From: an uncultured Duganella sp.
Lineage (GTDB): Bacteria > Pseudomonadota > Gammaproteobacteria > Burkholderiales > Burkholderiaceae_D
Assembly (NCBI GenBank): GCA_963511605.1
Contig: CAUPJZ010000029.1
Location: forward strand, 10,638-74,637
Direction of reading: 5' to 3'
Length of the DNA: 64,000 bases
The notes beneath the pieces are model-generated. The model ran no database searches. It saw nothing but the letters and a program-made list of their open reading frames with translations, and was not told the origin of the DNA. Positions 10,347 through 20,742 of this stretch are shown piece by piece. Positions within the stretch are counted from its first letter, which is position 1; each line of letters begins with the position of its first letter. The position numbers and the translations under genes were made by a program.

Positions 10347-10433
10347 TACGGCCCAGTTTGTCTGCGGATTTGTACGAGGGTTCGTGTGCGGGATTGTGTG
10401 ATGCGCGCGACGCTTGCGGATTATCATTCCGCC

Positions 10434-10456
10434 GCTTGGTGAATTTCGCAATTGCC
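10434..10456. promoter_or_regulatory. Candidate XylR operator, copy 2
   Basis: GCTTGGTGAATTTCGCAATTGCC; near-identical to 2403-2425; upstream of the TonB receptor/GH operon. Confidence 0.55.
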
Positions 10457-10719
10457 ACACTTTTGCGTAACTTGCAAAATGTTTGCATATCATCGTGTGG
10501 CCTTGGCACCCCGCCAGTAAAGCCAGAACGAAAAAAAATATTAAAGAGCGAGACGTCCCAATGAAGATCAAACAACCGCGCCTTGTGGCGCCTGCGGGTG
10601 TCGTTCGTCCCGCGTTCGGAATCACCCACCCCAGGCTAGTCCCAAGTGCCGCTGAAAAGCACCAATAACAAATAGCCTAAGAGCTATGAAAAATTCGTAT
10701 ACCTTTTGGAGAGCGTAAC

Positions 10720-13700
10720 ATGAAACAGTTTAAAAAGACAGCGATCGCACTGGGCCTGGCCCAGATGGCGATGATGGCCAGCGGTGCTTCGCACGCGCAG
10801 ACCGCCCAGGCGCCGGCCGCACAATCCGACACCCCGGCGCCAGCCGCGGCCCCGGTGGCGGTGGTCATCACCGGCCAGCGCGCGGCGCTGCAGTCGGCCC
10901 AGAAAATCAAACAGAACGCCGACGAGGTGGTCGACTCGATCTCCGCCGACGATATCGGCAAGCTGCCGGACCGTTCGGTGACCGAGGTGCTGCAGCGCGT
11001 CTCGGGCGTGACCATCGACCGCGCCATGTCGCGCGCCGACCCGGATCACTTTTCGGTCGAAGGCTCCGGCGTGTCCGTGCGTGGCCTGAGCTACGTGCGT
11101 TCGGAACTCAATGGCCGCGATTCGTTCTCCGCCAACGGTGGCCGCTCGCTCAACTTCGAAGACGTGCCGCCAGAGCTGATGGCCGGCGTCGACATCTACA
11201 AGAACCCGTCGGCGGAACAGGTGGAGGGCGCCATCGGTGGCCTGATCAACCTGCGCACCGCGATGCCGTTCGATTACAAGGGCTTCAAGGCCTCCATCAG
11301 CGGCTCGGAGACCTACTCCGAACTGCGCAAGGGCAAAGCATCGCCATCGGGTTCGGGCATGGTCTCCAACCGCTGGAAAACCCCGTTCGGCGAGGTCGGC
11401 GCCCTGATCGACCTGGCCTACTCGGAATCGGCCACCCGCACCGACGCCATCCAGGTCGAGCCGTACTACCCGCGCAACGATATCGAACCGGGCCGCACCG
11501 TCTACGTGCCAAAGGGCGCGCAATGGCGTTCGCTGAACTTCGACCGCACCCGCGAAGGCGCATATGGCGCGTTGCAGTGGAAGCCGAACAGCCAGATCAC
11601 CACCGGCCTGACCTACTTCAAGTCGAAGTACAAGATGACCTGGGACGAGCAGGCGATCTTCGCCCAATCGAGCCCTTACAACATTCAGGTCGCGAACGGC
11701 AAGTACGCCGACAACGGCACCTTCATCAGCGGCACGCTGAGCGATCCGGCCGACGGCGGCATCAACTTCAACAACGACACCCGTACCGCGTGGCGCAAGT
11801 CCGACACCACCGACGTGTCGTGGAACATGCGCTGGCGCCCGAACGATCGCTGGACCATCACCACCGATCTGCAGCGCATCCGCGCCAACACCGAGAGCGT
11901 CGATTCGACCGTGGCCACCGGCCTGAGAATGCCGAAGGAACAGCTGGACCTGTCGGGCAGCCTGCCGAACATCATCTTCGACGCCGCCGACCGCGCCAAT
12001 CTGGCCAATCCGAACAACTACTACTGGGCGTTCACGATGGAGCACCTGGATCGCGCCAAGGCCGATTCGGACGCGGGCAAGATCGATCTGAAATACGACT
12101 TCGACCACCCGATCTTCCGCGACATCAAATTCGGTGCGCGCATGACCAACCGTGATTCGGTCACCGAGAACTCCAACCCAAGCTACAACTGGGCCGCAGT
12201 CACCCAGCCATGGCAGGGCGAGATCAGTGGTCTGGCCTACCTGGGCGACCCGCGTTTCTCGGGCAATACCTCGACCCACAGCTTCGATAACTTCTTCAAC
12301 GGTAAAATGAGCGTGCCGGCCGTGGTGTTCCCGAACTCCTCGCTGTCCCAGGGCTATCCATCGAGCTACGCCACGCTGCACTCCTACCACGATATCCTGT
12401 GCGCGGAGAAGAACGCCACCCTGGCCGCCGCCGGCCAGCCGACCAACACCTGCACGCCGTGGAAAGCGGCCACCTTCGGCGGCGACCCGGCCGGTCTCAA
12501 CTCGCAGAGCGAGAAGACCAAGGCGCTTTACACGCAAACCCGCTTCGGCTTCGACGACCTGAAATTCCCGATCGACGGTAACATCGGCCTGCGCTATGTG
12601 AAGACCGATGCCACCGCCAGCGGCTACACGGTGTTCAACTCGACCGCCCCAAGCAACCCGGCAATCCCGGTGTTCAACAGCTTCTCGCGTGCGGACACCT
12701 ACCAGAACTCGTACCACAACTGGCTGCCTAGCCTGAACCTGCGCATGAAGGCCAGCGACACGCTGCAGTTCCGCTTCGCCTACGCCGGCGCGATGTCGCG
12801 TCCGGACCCTTCGCAGCTGCAGGGCTACACCACCTTGAGCCAGAGCGCCGACGTCGCCGCCAACGGCACCGTCAACAGCATCACCTACTCCGGTGAAGCC
12901 AAGGGCAATCCGAACCTGCGTCCGATCACCGCCAAGCAGCTCGACCTGACCGCCGAGTGGTACTTCTCGCCGGTTGGTTCGTTCACGCTGGCCGTGTTCA
13001 ACAAGCGCCTGAAGGACGTCATCGTCAACCAGACCACCGCGTTCCAGCTGAACGATGTCACCGGACGGGGGTACAACTTCATCACCACGGCGCCGGTCAA
13101 CGGCGCCAAGGGCCGCGCGCGCGGTTTCGAGCTGGCTTACCAGCAGTACTTCGACAAGCTGCCTGGCGCCTGGTCGGGCCTGGGCCTGCAGGGTAACTTC
13201 ACCTTCGTCGACAGCGAGCGCACCTTGTACAACGGCGTGTTCCAGCAGTACTGCACCGGCAGCGGCGGTGGCGCGGCAAACCTGAACCTGAACCTGAACG
13301 GTTGCGACACCAACGGCACCACCTTCGGCAATCTGCCGCTGGAAAACCTGTCCCGTCGTTCGTACAACATCGCTCTGATGTACGACAAGGGTCCATGGTC
13401 GGCGCGCCTGGCCTACAACTGGCGTTCGAAGAGCCTGCAGGCGGTCAACGTGAACGGCACCCAGGGTACCGACGGCACGGACACCAATCCGGCCAGCGCC
13501 ACCTTCGGCCAGCGTAACGTCGCCTGGGGTCTGCCGACTTGGGCGGACGACTACGGCCAGGCCGATGCCTCCGTGTCGTACAAGATCAACGAGCGTATTC
13601 AGATCGGTCTGGAAGCCCAGAACATCACCGACTCCAAGTACAAGGTCCTGATGCAGCAAAACATCGGTATGATGGGCCGCGCATGGTTCTCGTCCGGTCC

Positions 13701-13737
13701 GCGCTACACCGCTCGCGTGAGCTACAACTTCGACTAA
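10720..13737 (+). CDS. TonB-dependent outer-membrane receptor (oligosaccharide-uptake type)
   Basis: Signal peptide, 'VVITGQRAAL...DSISADDIGKLPDRSVTEVLQRVSGV' plug, 'GNPNLRP', 'WSARLAYNWRS', aromatic C-terminal beta-strand (YNFD); RBS GGAG. Confidence 0.95.
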   Translation: MKQFKKTAIALGLAQMAMMASGASHAQTAQAPAAQSDTPAPAAAPVAVVITGQRAALQSAQKIKQNADEVVDSISADDIGKLPDRSVTEVLQRVSGVTIDRAMSRADPDHFSVEGSGVSVRGLSYVRSELNGRDSFSANGGRSLNFEDVPPELMAGVDIYKNPSAEQVEGAIGGLINLRTAMPFDYKGFKASISGSETYSELRKGKASPSGSGMVSNRWKTPFGEVGALIDLAYSESATRTDAIQVEPYYPRNDIEPGRTVYVPKGAQWRSLNFDRTREGAYGALQWKPNSQITTGLTYFKSKYKMTWDEQAIFAQSSPYNIQVANGKYADNGTFISGTLSDPADGGINFNNDTRTAWRKSDTTDVSWNMRWRPNDRWTITTDLQRIRANTESVDSTVATGLRMPKEQLDLSGSLPNIIFDAADRANLANPNNYYWAFTMEHLDRAKADSDAGKIDLKYDFDHPIFRDIKFGARMTNRDSVTENSNPSYNWAAVTQPWQGEISGLAYLGDPRFSGNTSTHSFDNFFNGKMSVPAVVFPNSSLSQGYPSSYATLHSYHDILCAEKNATLAAAGQPTNTCTPWKAATFGGDPAGLNSQSEKTKALYTQTRFGFDDLKFPIDGNIGLRYVKTDATASGYTVFNSTAPSNPAIPVFNSFSRADTYQNSYHNWLPSLNLRMKASDTLQFRFAYAGAMSRPDPSQLQGYTTLSQSADVAANGTVNSITYSGEAKGNPNLRPITAKQLDLTAEWYFSPVGSFTLAVFNKRLKDVIVNQTTAFQLNDVTGRGYNFITTAPVNGAKGRARGFELAYQQYFDKLPGAWSGLGLQGNFTFVDSERTLYNGVFQQYCTGSGGGAANLNLNLNGCDTNGTTFGNLPLENLSRRSYNIALMYDKGPWSARLAYNWRSKSLQAVNVNGTQGTDGTDTNPASATFGQRNVAWGLPTWADDYGQADASVSYKINERIQIGLEAQNITDSKYKVLMQQNIGMMGRAWFSSGPRYTARVSYNFD

Positions 13738-13751
13738 GGAAGCCAAACTGC

Positions 13752-15398
13752 ATGAAGATTACCGCCCGCCAGCTTGTGAGCTCTTTTGGTTTTGTTATGT
13801 TGGCCGCAGCTGGCGCGGCGGCCGCGCCCATCCCCGAACTGGTGCAAAAGGATGGCCGTCACGCCTTGATGGTGGACGGCGCGCCTTTTGTCATGTTCGG
13901 GGGGCAGGCGCAGAACTCGAGTAACTATCCGCTTGCACTGAACAAGGTGTGGGCGGCGATCAAGGACATGAACGCCAACACCCTCGAGATCCCGGTCGCA
14001 TGGGAACAGATCGAGCAGGTGGAAGGCAAGTTCGATTTCAGCTACGTCGACACCCTCGTGGCCGAGGCGCGCAAGAACAAGGTGCGCCTGGTGCTGCTGT
14101 GGTTCGGCACCTGGAAAAACACCGGCGCCAATTACGCGCCGGAGTGGGTCAAGTTCAATAACGCCCGCTTCCCGCGCATGCTGGACAAGGAAGGCAAGCC
14201 GATTTACTGCCTGTCGCCGCAAGGCGAGGAGACGCTCAAGGCCGACAAGAAGGCGTTTGTCGCGCTGATGACGCACATCAAAAAGATCGACGAGGCGCAC
14301 CGCACCGTCATCATGATGCAGGTCCAGAACGAAGTGGGCACCTACGGCTTCGCGCGCGACTACGGTCCGAAGGCCGAAGCGCAGTTCAACCAGCCGGTGC
14401 CCGAAGCGGTGTTGAAACGCAAAAAATCGCCGGTGGCGCTGGCCGCCAGCGGCACCTGGAAGCAGGTCTACGGCGACTACGCCGACGAGTACTTCCACGC
14501 GTATTCGATCGCCAGCTACATCGGCGACATCGCCAAGGCGGGCCGCGCGGTCTACAACCTGCCGATGTACGTCAACAACGCGGTGCGCGATCCGCTGGAA
14601 GCGCCGCTCAAACCGTGGAACAAGAACTTCGCAAGCGGCGGCCCGACCTTCGATGTGATCGACATCTACAAGGCGGCCGCGCCGGCGATCGATTTCGCCG
14701 CGCCCGACATCTACAACGGGGAGTCGAAGAAGTTCGCCGCCACGCTCGACAAGTTCCAGCGTCCGGACAACGCACTGGCCGTGCCGGAGATGAGCAACGC
14801 CGCCGAGTACGTGCGCTACGCCTATCTGGTGCTTGGCCGCGGCGCGATCAACTTCTCGCCGTTCGGCATCGACTACGCGGACTACAGCAATTTCCCGCTC
14901 GGTCACAAGGCCACCGACAAGACCATGGTTGAACCGTATGGCAAAATCTATTCGGCCTTCCGGCCGATGGAGCGCCAGTGGTCCAAGTGGGCCTTCGAGG
15001 GCCGCACCTACGGCGTGGCCGAGGGCGACGACCGCGCGCCGCAGACCATCGCGATGAAGGGTTGGAAGGGCACGATCTCGTTCCGCGAATGGCAGTTCGG
15101 CGAACGTGAGTATTTCAAGGAAGTGAAGGACCTGCCGGCCGGCACCGAGAAGCCCAACGGTGGCGTGGCGATCGCGCAGATCGCCGACAATGAGTTCATC
15201 ATCGTCGGCCAGCATGCGCGCGTGAAGATCGAGCACGCGGACGGCAAACCAACCATGTGGGCGCGCGTCGAGGAAGGGTATTATGATCCATCCGGTAAAT
15301 GGATCATGGAGCGCAACTGGAACGGCGACCAGACGGACTACGGCCTCAATCTGACCGGCAAGCCGGTGGTGTTGAAGGTCAAAGTCGGTACGTACTGA
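13752..15398 (+). CDS. GH35-type beta-galactosidase with C-terminal DUF5597-like domain
   Basis: Signal peptide; 'NANTLEIPVAWEQIE..EGKFDFS', 'LWFGTWKN', acid/base 'QVQNE', nucleophile 'AVPE', 'RVEEG...RNWNGDQT'. Confidence 0.85.
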   Translation: MKITARQLVSSFGFVMLAAAGAAAAPIPELVQKDGRHALMVDGAPFVMFGGQAQNSSNYPLALNKVWAAIKDMNANTLEIPVAWEQIEQVEGKFDFSYVDTLVAEARKNKVRLVLLWFGTWKNTGANYAPEWVKFNNARFPRMLDKEGKPIYCLSPQGEETLKADKKAFVALMTHIKKIDEAHRTVIMMQVQNEVGTYGFARDYGPKAEAQFNQPVPEAVLKRKKSPVALAASGTWKQVYGDYADEYFHAYSIASYIGDIAKAGRAVYNLPMYVNNAVRDPLEAPLKPWNKNFASGGPTFDVIDIYKAAAPAIDFAAPDIYNGESKKFAATLDKFQRPDNALAVPEMSNAAEYVRYAYLVLGRGAINFSPFGIDYADYSNFPLGHKATDKTMVEPYGKIYSAFRPMERQWSKWAFEGRTYGVAEGDDRAPQTIAMKGWKGTISFREWQFGEREYFKEVKDLPAGTEKPNGGVAIAQIADNEFIIVGQHARVKIEHADGKPTMWARVEEGYYDPSGKWIMERNWNGDQTDYGLNLTGKPVVLKVKVGTY

Positions 15399-15423
15399 GT
15401 AAAAAAAACAGGAGATAGAGAAC

Positions 15424-18300
15424 ATGCGATTCAAAGCGATAGTACCGGCGGCTTCGTGCCTGGCGGTGATGATGTCCGGCCAGGCCCTGGCCGGCACGTT
15501 TGAGAAAACCTCCACCGGCGTGGTGGTCAAGCCGGATTCGGGCGCCAAGGAAGTGCGCCTGGAAGTCATGAGCGACAACATCATCCACGTCGTCAAGACC
15601 GACAAGGAAGGCAAGGAGCTGACCCCATCGCTGATGACGGTGGCCGCACCTGTTAGCGGTATCTTCAGCGTTACCGCTTCGGGCAAGGACAAAGTCACGC
15701 TCAAGGCCAAGAAAATCTCGGTGGCGGTGTCGCTGGCGACCGGCCAGGTGCAGTTCTTCAACGCGGCCGGCAAGGCTTTCCTGAGCCAGGCCTCGGAAAG
15801 CATGTCGCCCGTCGATATCGGCGGCAAGCCGTTCATGGCGGTCAAGCAGGGCTTCAACCACGGCACCAAGGACGCGTACTACGGCTTGGGCCAGCACCAG
15901 AACGGCCAGATGAACCTGAACGGCGAAGACGTGCTGCTGATGCAGCACAATATGGTCATCGCGGTGCCGTTCGTCGTCTCGGACAAGAACTACGGCGTTT
16001 TGTGGGATAACAATTCGATCTCGCGCTTCGGCGACGCCAAGCCATACGGCTTCCTGAGCCGCGACCTGAAAGTGGCAGACGCCGAAGGCAAGGCCGGCGG
16101 CCTGACCGCGCGCTACTATGTCGACGGCAAACTGGTGCTGACGCGCCAGGAAAAAGACATCGATTACCAGTACCTGAAGGACGTGGCCGAGAACTGGCCG
16201 AAGGAACTGGGCGATCCCAAGAAGGCCAAAGGCGTCAAGGTGGTGTGGGAAGGGACGCTGACGTCCGACAAGGCCGGCGTGCACAAGATGCAGATGTATT
16301 CGTCGGACTACGCCAAGCTGACCATGGACGGCAAGGAAGTCATGGACGTGTGGCGCCAGAGCTGGAATCCGTGGTACCACAACTTCGAGCAGAAGTTCGA
16401 AGCGGGCAAGCCGGTCAAGCTGCACCTGGAATGGAAACCGTCGGGCGGCATGATCGCCATGACGCACAACGATCCGCTGCCGGCGCCTGAGCGCCATTCG
16501 CTGACCTTCTCGTCGGAAGTCGCGCAGAGCATCAACTACTACGTCGTCAACGGCGAGACCAGCATCGACAACGTCATCGCCGGCTACCGTCATCTGACGG
16601 GCCAGGCGCCGATGATGCCGAAGTGGTCCTACGGCCTGTGGCAGTCGCGCCAGCGTTACGAGACGCAGGAGCAGCTGCTCGGCGTGCTGAAGGAGTACCG
16701 CAAGCAGGGCTGGCCGGTCGACGCCATGGTGCAGGACTGGTTCTACTGGCCGCAGGACGGCTGGGGTTCGCACGATTTCGACAAGGCGCGCTTCCCCGAT
16801 CCTAAAGGCCTGGTGGACGAGGTCCACAAGAACAACGCCCGCATCATGATTTCGATCTGGGGCAAGTTCTACGACAACACCGCCAACTACAAGGAACTGG
16901 CGTCGAAGGGCTACATGTGGACCAAGAACGTCGAAAACGGCGATCTTGACTGGGTTGGCCCTGGCTACAAGAACAGCCACTACGATCCGTACACCAAGGG
17001 TGCGCGCGAGATGTACTATCGCCAGATGAAGTCCAAGCTGGTCGACCTGGGCTTCGACGCCTGGTGGATGGACAACACCGAGCCCGACGTGTTGTCGAAC
17101 ACCCGCCTGGAAGACTTCAAGAAACTGATCGGACCGACCGTCTACGGCGCCGGCGAGATCACCTTCAACCCGTATAGCCTGGTGCATACCGAGGGCTTCT
17201 ACCAGGGCCTGAAGAACGACCAGCCGGAGAAGCGCCAGTTCATCCTGTCGCGTTCCGGTTTCGCGGGCATCCAGCGTAACGCCACCGCCCTGTGGAGCGG
17301 CGATACCGTCGGCCGCTGGAACAATCTGTACGACCAGATCTCGGCCGGCGTGAACATCTCGATGTCGGGTATCCCGAACTGGACGCATGATATCGGCGGT
17401 TACGCGCAGGAAGAGCGCTTCCAGGACGGCGCCACCGGCACCGCGCAGGAGAATCGCGCGGTCGCGGCGGTCAAAGCCAAGCCGGAGGACATGAAGGAAT
17501 GGCGCGAACTGAATCTGCGCTGGTGGCAGTTCGGCGCGTTCTCGCCGCTGTTCCGCTCCCACGGCGAAGTGGTCAAGCGCGAAATCCATGAGATTTCGCC
17601 GGAAGGCTCGCCGATGCGCGACTCGATGGTCTGGTACGACAAACTGCGCTATCGCATGATGCCGTACATTTACTCGACCGCCGCGACCACCCACCACGAA
17701 TCGGGCACCATCATGCGCGGTCTGGTGATGGACTTCCCGAACGACGACGCTGTCAAGAACATCGCCGACCAGTACCTGTTCGGCCACAATCTGATGGTCG
17801 CTCCGGTGTACGTGTACGGTGCGCGCGAGCGTAGCGTCTACATGCCGAAGGGCGCGAACTGGTATGACTTCTACACCGGCGAAGTGCACAAGGGCGGCAC
17901 CCGCAAGTCGATCAACGCGCCTGAGACACGCATGCCGCTGCTGGTGAAGGCCGGCGCGATCCTGCCGATGGGTCCCGTGACGCAGTACGTCGACGAGAAA
18001 CCGGACGCGCCGATCACGCTGAACATCTACACCGGCGCGGACGGCAAATTCAGCCTGTACGAGGATGACGGCGTGTCGAATGCCTACATGCGCAACGAGT
18101 TCACGCGTATTCCGCTGAGCTACAACGACAAGACCGGCACCGTCACCATCGGCGAGCGCGTTGGCCAGTACAAGGGCATGGTCGCCAAGCGCGAGTTCAA
18201 GGTACGCTTCATCAAGCCTGGCGTTTCGAGCTCGGACAACTTCGACGCCGCCGACAAGACGGTCAGCTACGAAGGCAAGGCGGTCACCGTCAAGCGCTGA
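15424..18300 (+). CDS. GH31 alpha-xylosidase with PA14-like insert
   Basis: Signal peptide; 'MPKWSYGLWQSRQRY', 'QDWFYW', nucleophile 'WWMDNTEPD', 'WSGD', 'FSPLFRSHG', 'YEDDG'; an insert of about 140 aa resembling PA14. Confidence 0.9.
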   Translation: MRFKAIVPAASCLAVMMSGQALAGTFEKTSTGVVVKPDSGAKEVRLEVMSDNIIHVVKTDKEGKELTPSLMTVAAPVSGIFSVTASGKDKVTLKAKKISVAVSLATGQVQFFNAAGKAFLSQASESMSPVDIGGKPFMAVKQGFNHGTKDAYYGLGQHQNGQMNLNGEDVLLMQHNMVIAVPFVVSDKNYGVLWDNNSISRFGDAKPYGFLSRDLKVADAEGKAGGLTARYYVDGKLVLTRQEKDIDYQYLKDVAENWPKELGDPKKAKGVKVVWEGTLTSDKAGVHKMQMYSSDYAKLTMDGKEVMDVWRQSWNPWYHNFEQKFEAGKPVKLHLEWKPSGGMIAMTHNDPLPAPERHSLTFSSEVAQSINYYVVNGETSIDNVIAGYRHLTGQAPMMPKWSYGLWQSRQRYETQEQLLGVLKEYRKQGWPVDAMVQDWFYWPQDGWGSHDFDKARFPDPKGLVDEVHKNNARIMISIWGKFYDNTANYKELASKGYMWTKNVENGDLDWVGPGYKNSHYDPYTKGAREMYYRQMKSKLVDLGFDAWWMDNTEPDVLSNTRLEDFKKLIGPTVYGAGEITFNPYSLVHTEGFYQGLKNDQPEKRQFILSRSGFAGIQRNATALWSGDTVGRWNNLYDQISAGVNISMSGIPNWTHDIGGYAQEERFQDGATGTAQENRAVAAVKAKPEDMKEWRELNLRWWQFGAFSPLFRSHGEVVKREIHEISPEGSPMRDSMVWYDKLRYRMMPYIYSTAATTHHESGTIMRGLVMDFPNDDAVKNIADQYLFGHNLMVAPVYVYGARERSVYMPKGANWYDFYTGEVHKGGTRKSINAPETRMPLLVKAGAILPMGPVTQYVDEKPDAPITLNIYTGADGKFSLYEDDGVSNAYMRNEFTRIPLSYNDKTGTVTIGERVGQYKGMVAKREFKVRFIKPGVSSSDNFDAADKTVSYEGKAVTVKR

Positions 18301-18326
18301 TTCCGCACTGACGATGATTCCTCGAT

Positions 18327-18366
18327 GACGGCGGGGGCGGTGCATGCCGCCTCCGCCGTTTTTGTT
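18327..18366 (+). terminator. Intra-operon stem-loop with U-tract between GH31 and GH95
   Basis: GACGGCGGGGGCGG-tgcatg-CCGCCTCCGCCGTT-TTT. Confidence 0.6.
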
Positions 18367-18387
18367 CTGCTTCACGAGACAATGTTC

Positions 18388-20742
18388 ATGAAAATTTTGC
18401 TGCGCTCCACGCTCTTTCTTTCTTCGGTTTGCTGCTCCGCTTCCTTTGCGATCGCGGCGGCCCCGGACCTGACGCTGCGCTACAAACAGGCGGCGCCCGA
18501 TACGCCGCAAGGATGGGAGCGCGAAGCGCTGCCGATCGGTAACGGCCGAATCGGCGCGATGATCTTCGGCCAGCTGGCGCGCGAGCGTATCCAGTTCAAC
18601 GACATCACGCTGTGGACCGGCGACGACAAGGTGATGGGCTCCTACCAGCCGTTCGGCGACGTGTATGTGAACCTGCCGGGACACGACCAGTCCACCACCG
18701 ACTATTCGCGCCGGCTCGATATCGGCCAGAGCCTGCACAGCGTCAGCTACACGCACAAGGGCGTGAAGTTCAAGCGCGAAGCCTTCGCCAGCTATCCGGC
18801 GCAGGTGATCGCGGTGCGGCTGACCGCCGACAAGCGTGGCCAGTACACCGGCTCGATCGAACTGACCGACATGCACGAGGCGCAGATCAACGCGCTGGGC
18901 AACCGCATCGTCGCCACCGGTTCGCTGCGCGGCAAGGGCGACGCATCGTCGAACGCGATGGACTACGCCAGCCAGGTGCAGGTGCAAAACGAGGGCGGCG
19001 CCATCGCCATCGACGGCAATAAAATCACCTTCACCGGCTGCGACGCGGTGACCTTGATACTCGGCGCCGGCACCAGCTATGTGCTCGATGCGGAGAAGAA
19101 GTTCCAGGGCGAGCATCCGCTGGCGCGCGTGTCGGCCCAGGTGGGCGCCGCGACGCGTCCGTGGCCGGCGCTGCTGGCGGAACACCGCAAGGATTTCCAG
19201 GCCCAATTCAACCGCGTGAGCGTGGACTTCGGCGCGGCCACGGCGGCGCGGCGCGCGCTGCCGACCGACCAGCGCATCGAGACTTATACGACCGAGGGCG
19301 GGGACCCGGAGCTGGAGGCGCAGTTCTTCCAGTATGGCCGCTACCTGTTGATCTCCAGCTCGCGCGGTTCGCTGCCGGCCAATCTGCAAGGACTGTGGAA
19401 CAATAATCCGAACCCGCCGTGGAGATCGGACTACCACACCAACATCAACGTCCAGATGAACTACTGGCCGGCGGAACCGGCCAACCTGTCGGAACACGCG
19501 CTGCCTTTCCTGAACTTCGTGCAGGGCGTGGCGCCGGTGTATCGCCAGCTGATCGCCGAGACGGCGGCCAAGGCGATCGCCGATCCATCCTCCGTGGTGA
19601 TGGCCGCGCCGGACCTGAGCGGCCAGGCGGTGCAGAAGGAGGAAACCTTCGTCAGCGCCTCCGGCAAGCCGGTGCGCGGCTGGACCCTGCGCACCGAGTC
19701 CAATCCGTTCGGCGCCATGGGCTATATCTGGAACAAGACCGGCAACGCGTGGTATGCCCAACACTTCTGGGAACACTACGCCTACACGCAGGACAAGAAG
19801 TACTTGCGCGAGGTGGCGTATCCGGTGATGAGGGAGGCGGTCGCCTTCTGGCAGGACTATCTGAAGGTGCTGCCCGACGGCCGCCTGGTCGCGCCGCTGG
19901 GATGGTCGCCGGAGCACGGCCCGATCGAGGACGGCGTGACCTATGACCAGGCCATCATCTGGGACTTGTTCAACAATACCGTCGATGCGGCGGATGCCTT
20001 GGGCGATGTTCAGTTCCGTGACCAGATAGCGGGTCTGCGCGACAGGCTGGCCGCGCCGCGCGTGGGCAGCTGGGGCCAGCTGCTGGAGTGGATGGAGGAG
20101 AAGAAGAGCGATCCGGTGCTGGACAAACCGGGCGATACGCACCGCCACGTGTCGCATTTGTTCGGCGTCTTCCCGGGCCGTCAGATCTCGCCGACCAAGA
20201 CGCCTGAACTGGCCGCCGCCGCGCGCAAATCGCTGGAGAGCCGTGGCGACGCCGGCACCGGCTGGTCGATGGCGTGGAAGACGGCGTTCTGGGCACGCCT
20301 GCTGGACGGCGATCGCGCGTACAAGATGCTGCGCGGGCAGCTGGCGAAACCCGGCGCGCGCGCCGCGCAGCAGAGTGGCCAGGGCACGGAATCGAACAAC
20401 GCCGGCGGCACCTACGCCAATATGTTCGATGCGCACCCACCGTTCCAGATCGACGGTAACTTCGGCGCCACCGCCGCGATCTGCGAAATGCTGCTGCAGT
20501 CGCAGACGGGCGAGCTGCATTTGCTGCCGGCGCTGCCGTCGGCCTGGGCCACCGGCTCTGTCAAGGGCTTGCGCGCGCGCGGCGGCTACGAGGTCGATCT
20601 GGCATGGAAGAACGGCAAGCTGGCGTCGGCGACGATACGCCGCACGGCGGGCGAGGGCGCCGGCAAGGTACGCTACGGCGACAAGGTCATACCGCTCAAC
20701 CTCAAGGTCGGGGAGAGCAAACGTCTGGGAGAAAAACTATGA
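18388..20742 (+). CDS. GH95 alpha-1,2-L-fucosidase
   Basis: '[12 protein letters not shown]', '[13 protein letters not shown]...PANLQGLWN', '[13 protein letters not shown]', 'SPEHG', 'HRHVSHL', '[10 protein letters not shown]'. Start ATG 18382 or 18388. Confidence 0.92.
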   Translation: MKILLRSTLFLSSVCCSASFAIAAAPDLTLRYKQAAPDTPQGWEREALPIGNGRIGAMIFGQLARERIQFNDITLWTGDDKVMGSYQPFGDVYVNLPGHDQSTTDYSRRLDIGQSLHSVSYTHKGVKFKREAFASYPAQVIAVRLTADKRGQYTGSIELTDMHEAQINALGNRIVATGSLRGKGDASSNAMDYASQVQVQNEGGAIAIDGNKITFTGCDAVTLILGAGTSYVLDAEKKFQGEHPLARVSAQVGAATRPWPALLAEHRKDFQAQFNRVSVDFGAATAARRALPTDQRIETYTTEGGDPELEAQFFQYGRYLLISSSRGSLPANLQGLWNNNPNPPWRSDYHTNINVQMNYWPAEPANLSEHALPFLNFVQGVAPVYRQLIAETAAKAIADPSSVVMAAPDLSGQAVQKEETFVSASGKPVRGWTLRTESNPFGAMGYIWNKTGNAWYAQHFWEHYAYTQDKKYLREVAYPVMREAVAFWQDYLKVLPDGRLVAPLGWSPEHGPIEDGVTYDQAIIWDLFNNTVDAADALGDVQFRDQIAGLRDRLAAPRVGSWGQLLEWMEEKKSDPVLDKPGDTHRHVSHLFGVFPGRQISPTKTPELAAAARKSLESRGDAGTGWSMAWKTAFWARLLDGDRAYKMLRGQLAKPGARAAQQSGQGTESNNAGGTYANMFDAHPPFQIDGNFGATAAICEMLLQSQTGELHLLPALPSAWATGSVKGLRARGGYEVDLAWKNGKLASATIRRTAGEGAGKVRYGDKVIPLNLKVGESKRLGEKL

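Noticed and set aside
13276-13300. AACCTG tandem repeat (NLNLNLN) in the TBDR
   Set aside because: Short and in frame within a loop; nothing suggests phase variation.
15379-20520. 1713-aa minus-strand ORF (and similar long antisense ORFs, e.g. 10684-13746, 2465-4285, 4460-6256, 20673-22511)
   Set aside because: They mirror well-supported plus-strand genes. High-GC codon bias suppresses antisense stops, and the translations show no domain motifs.
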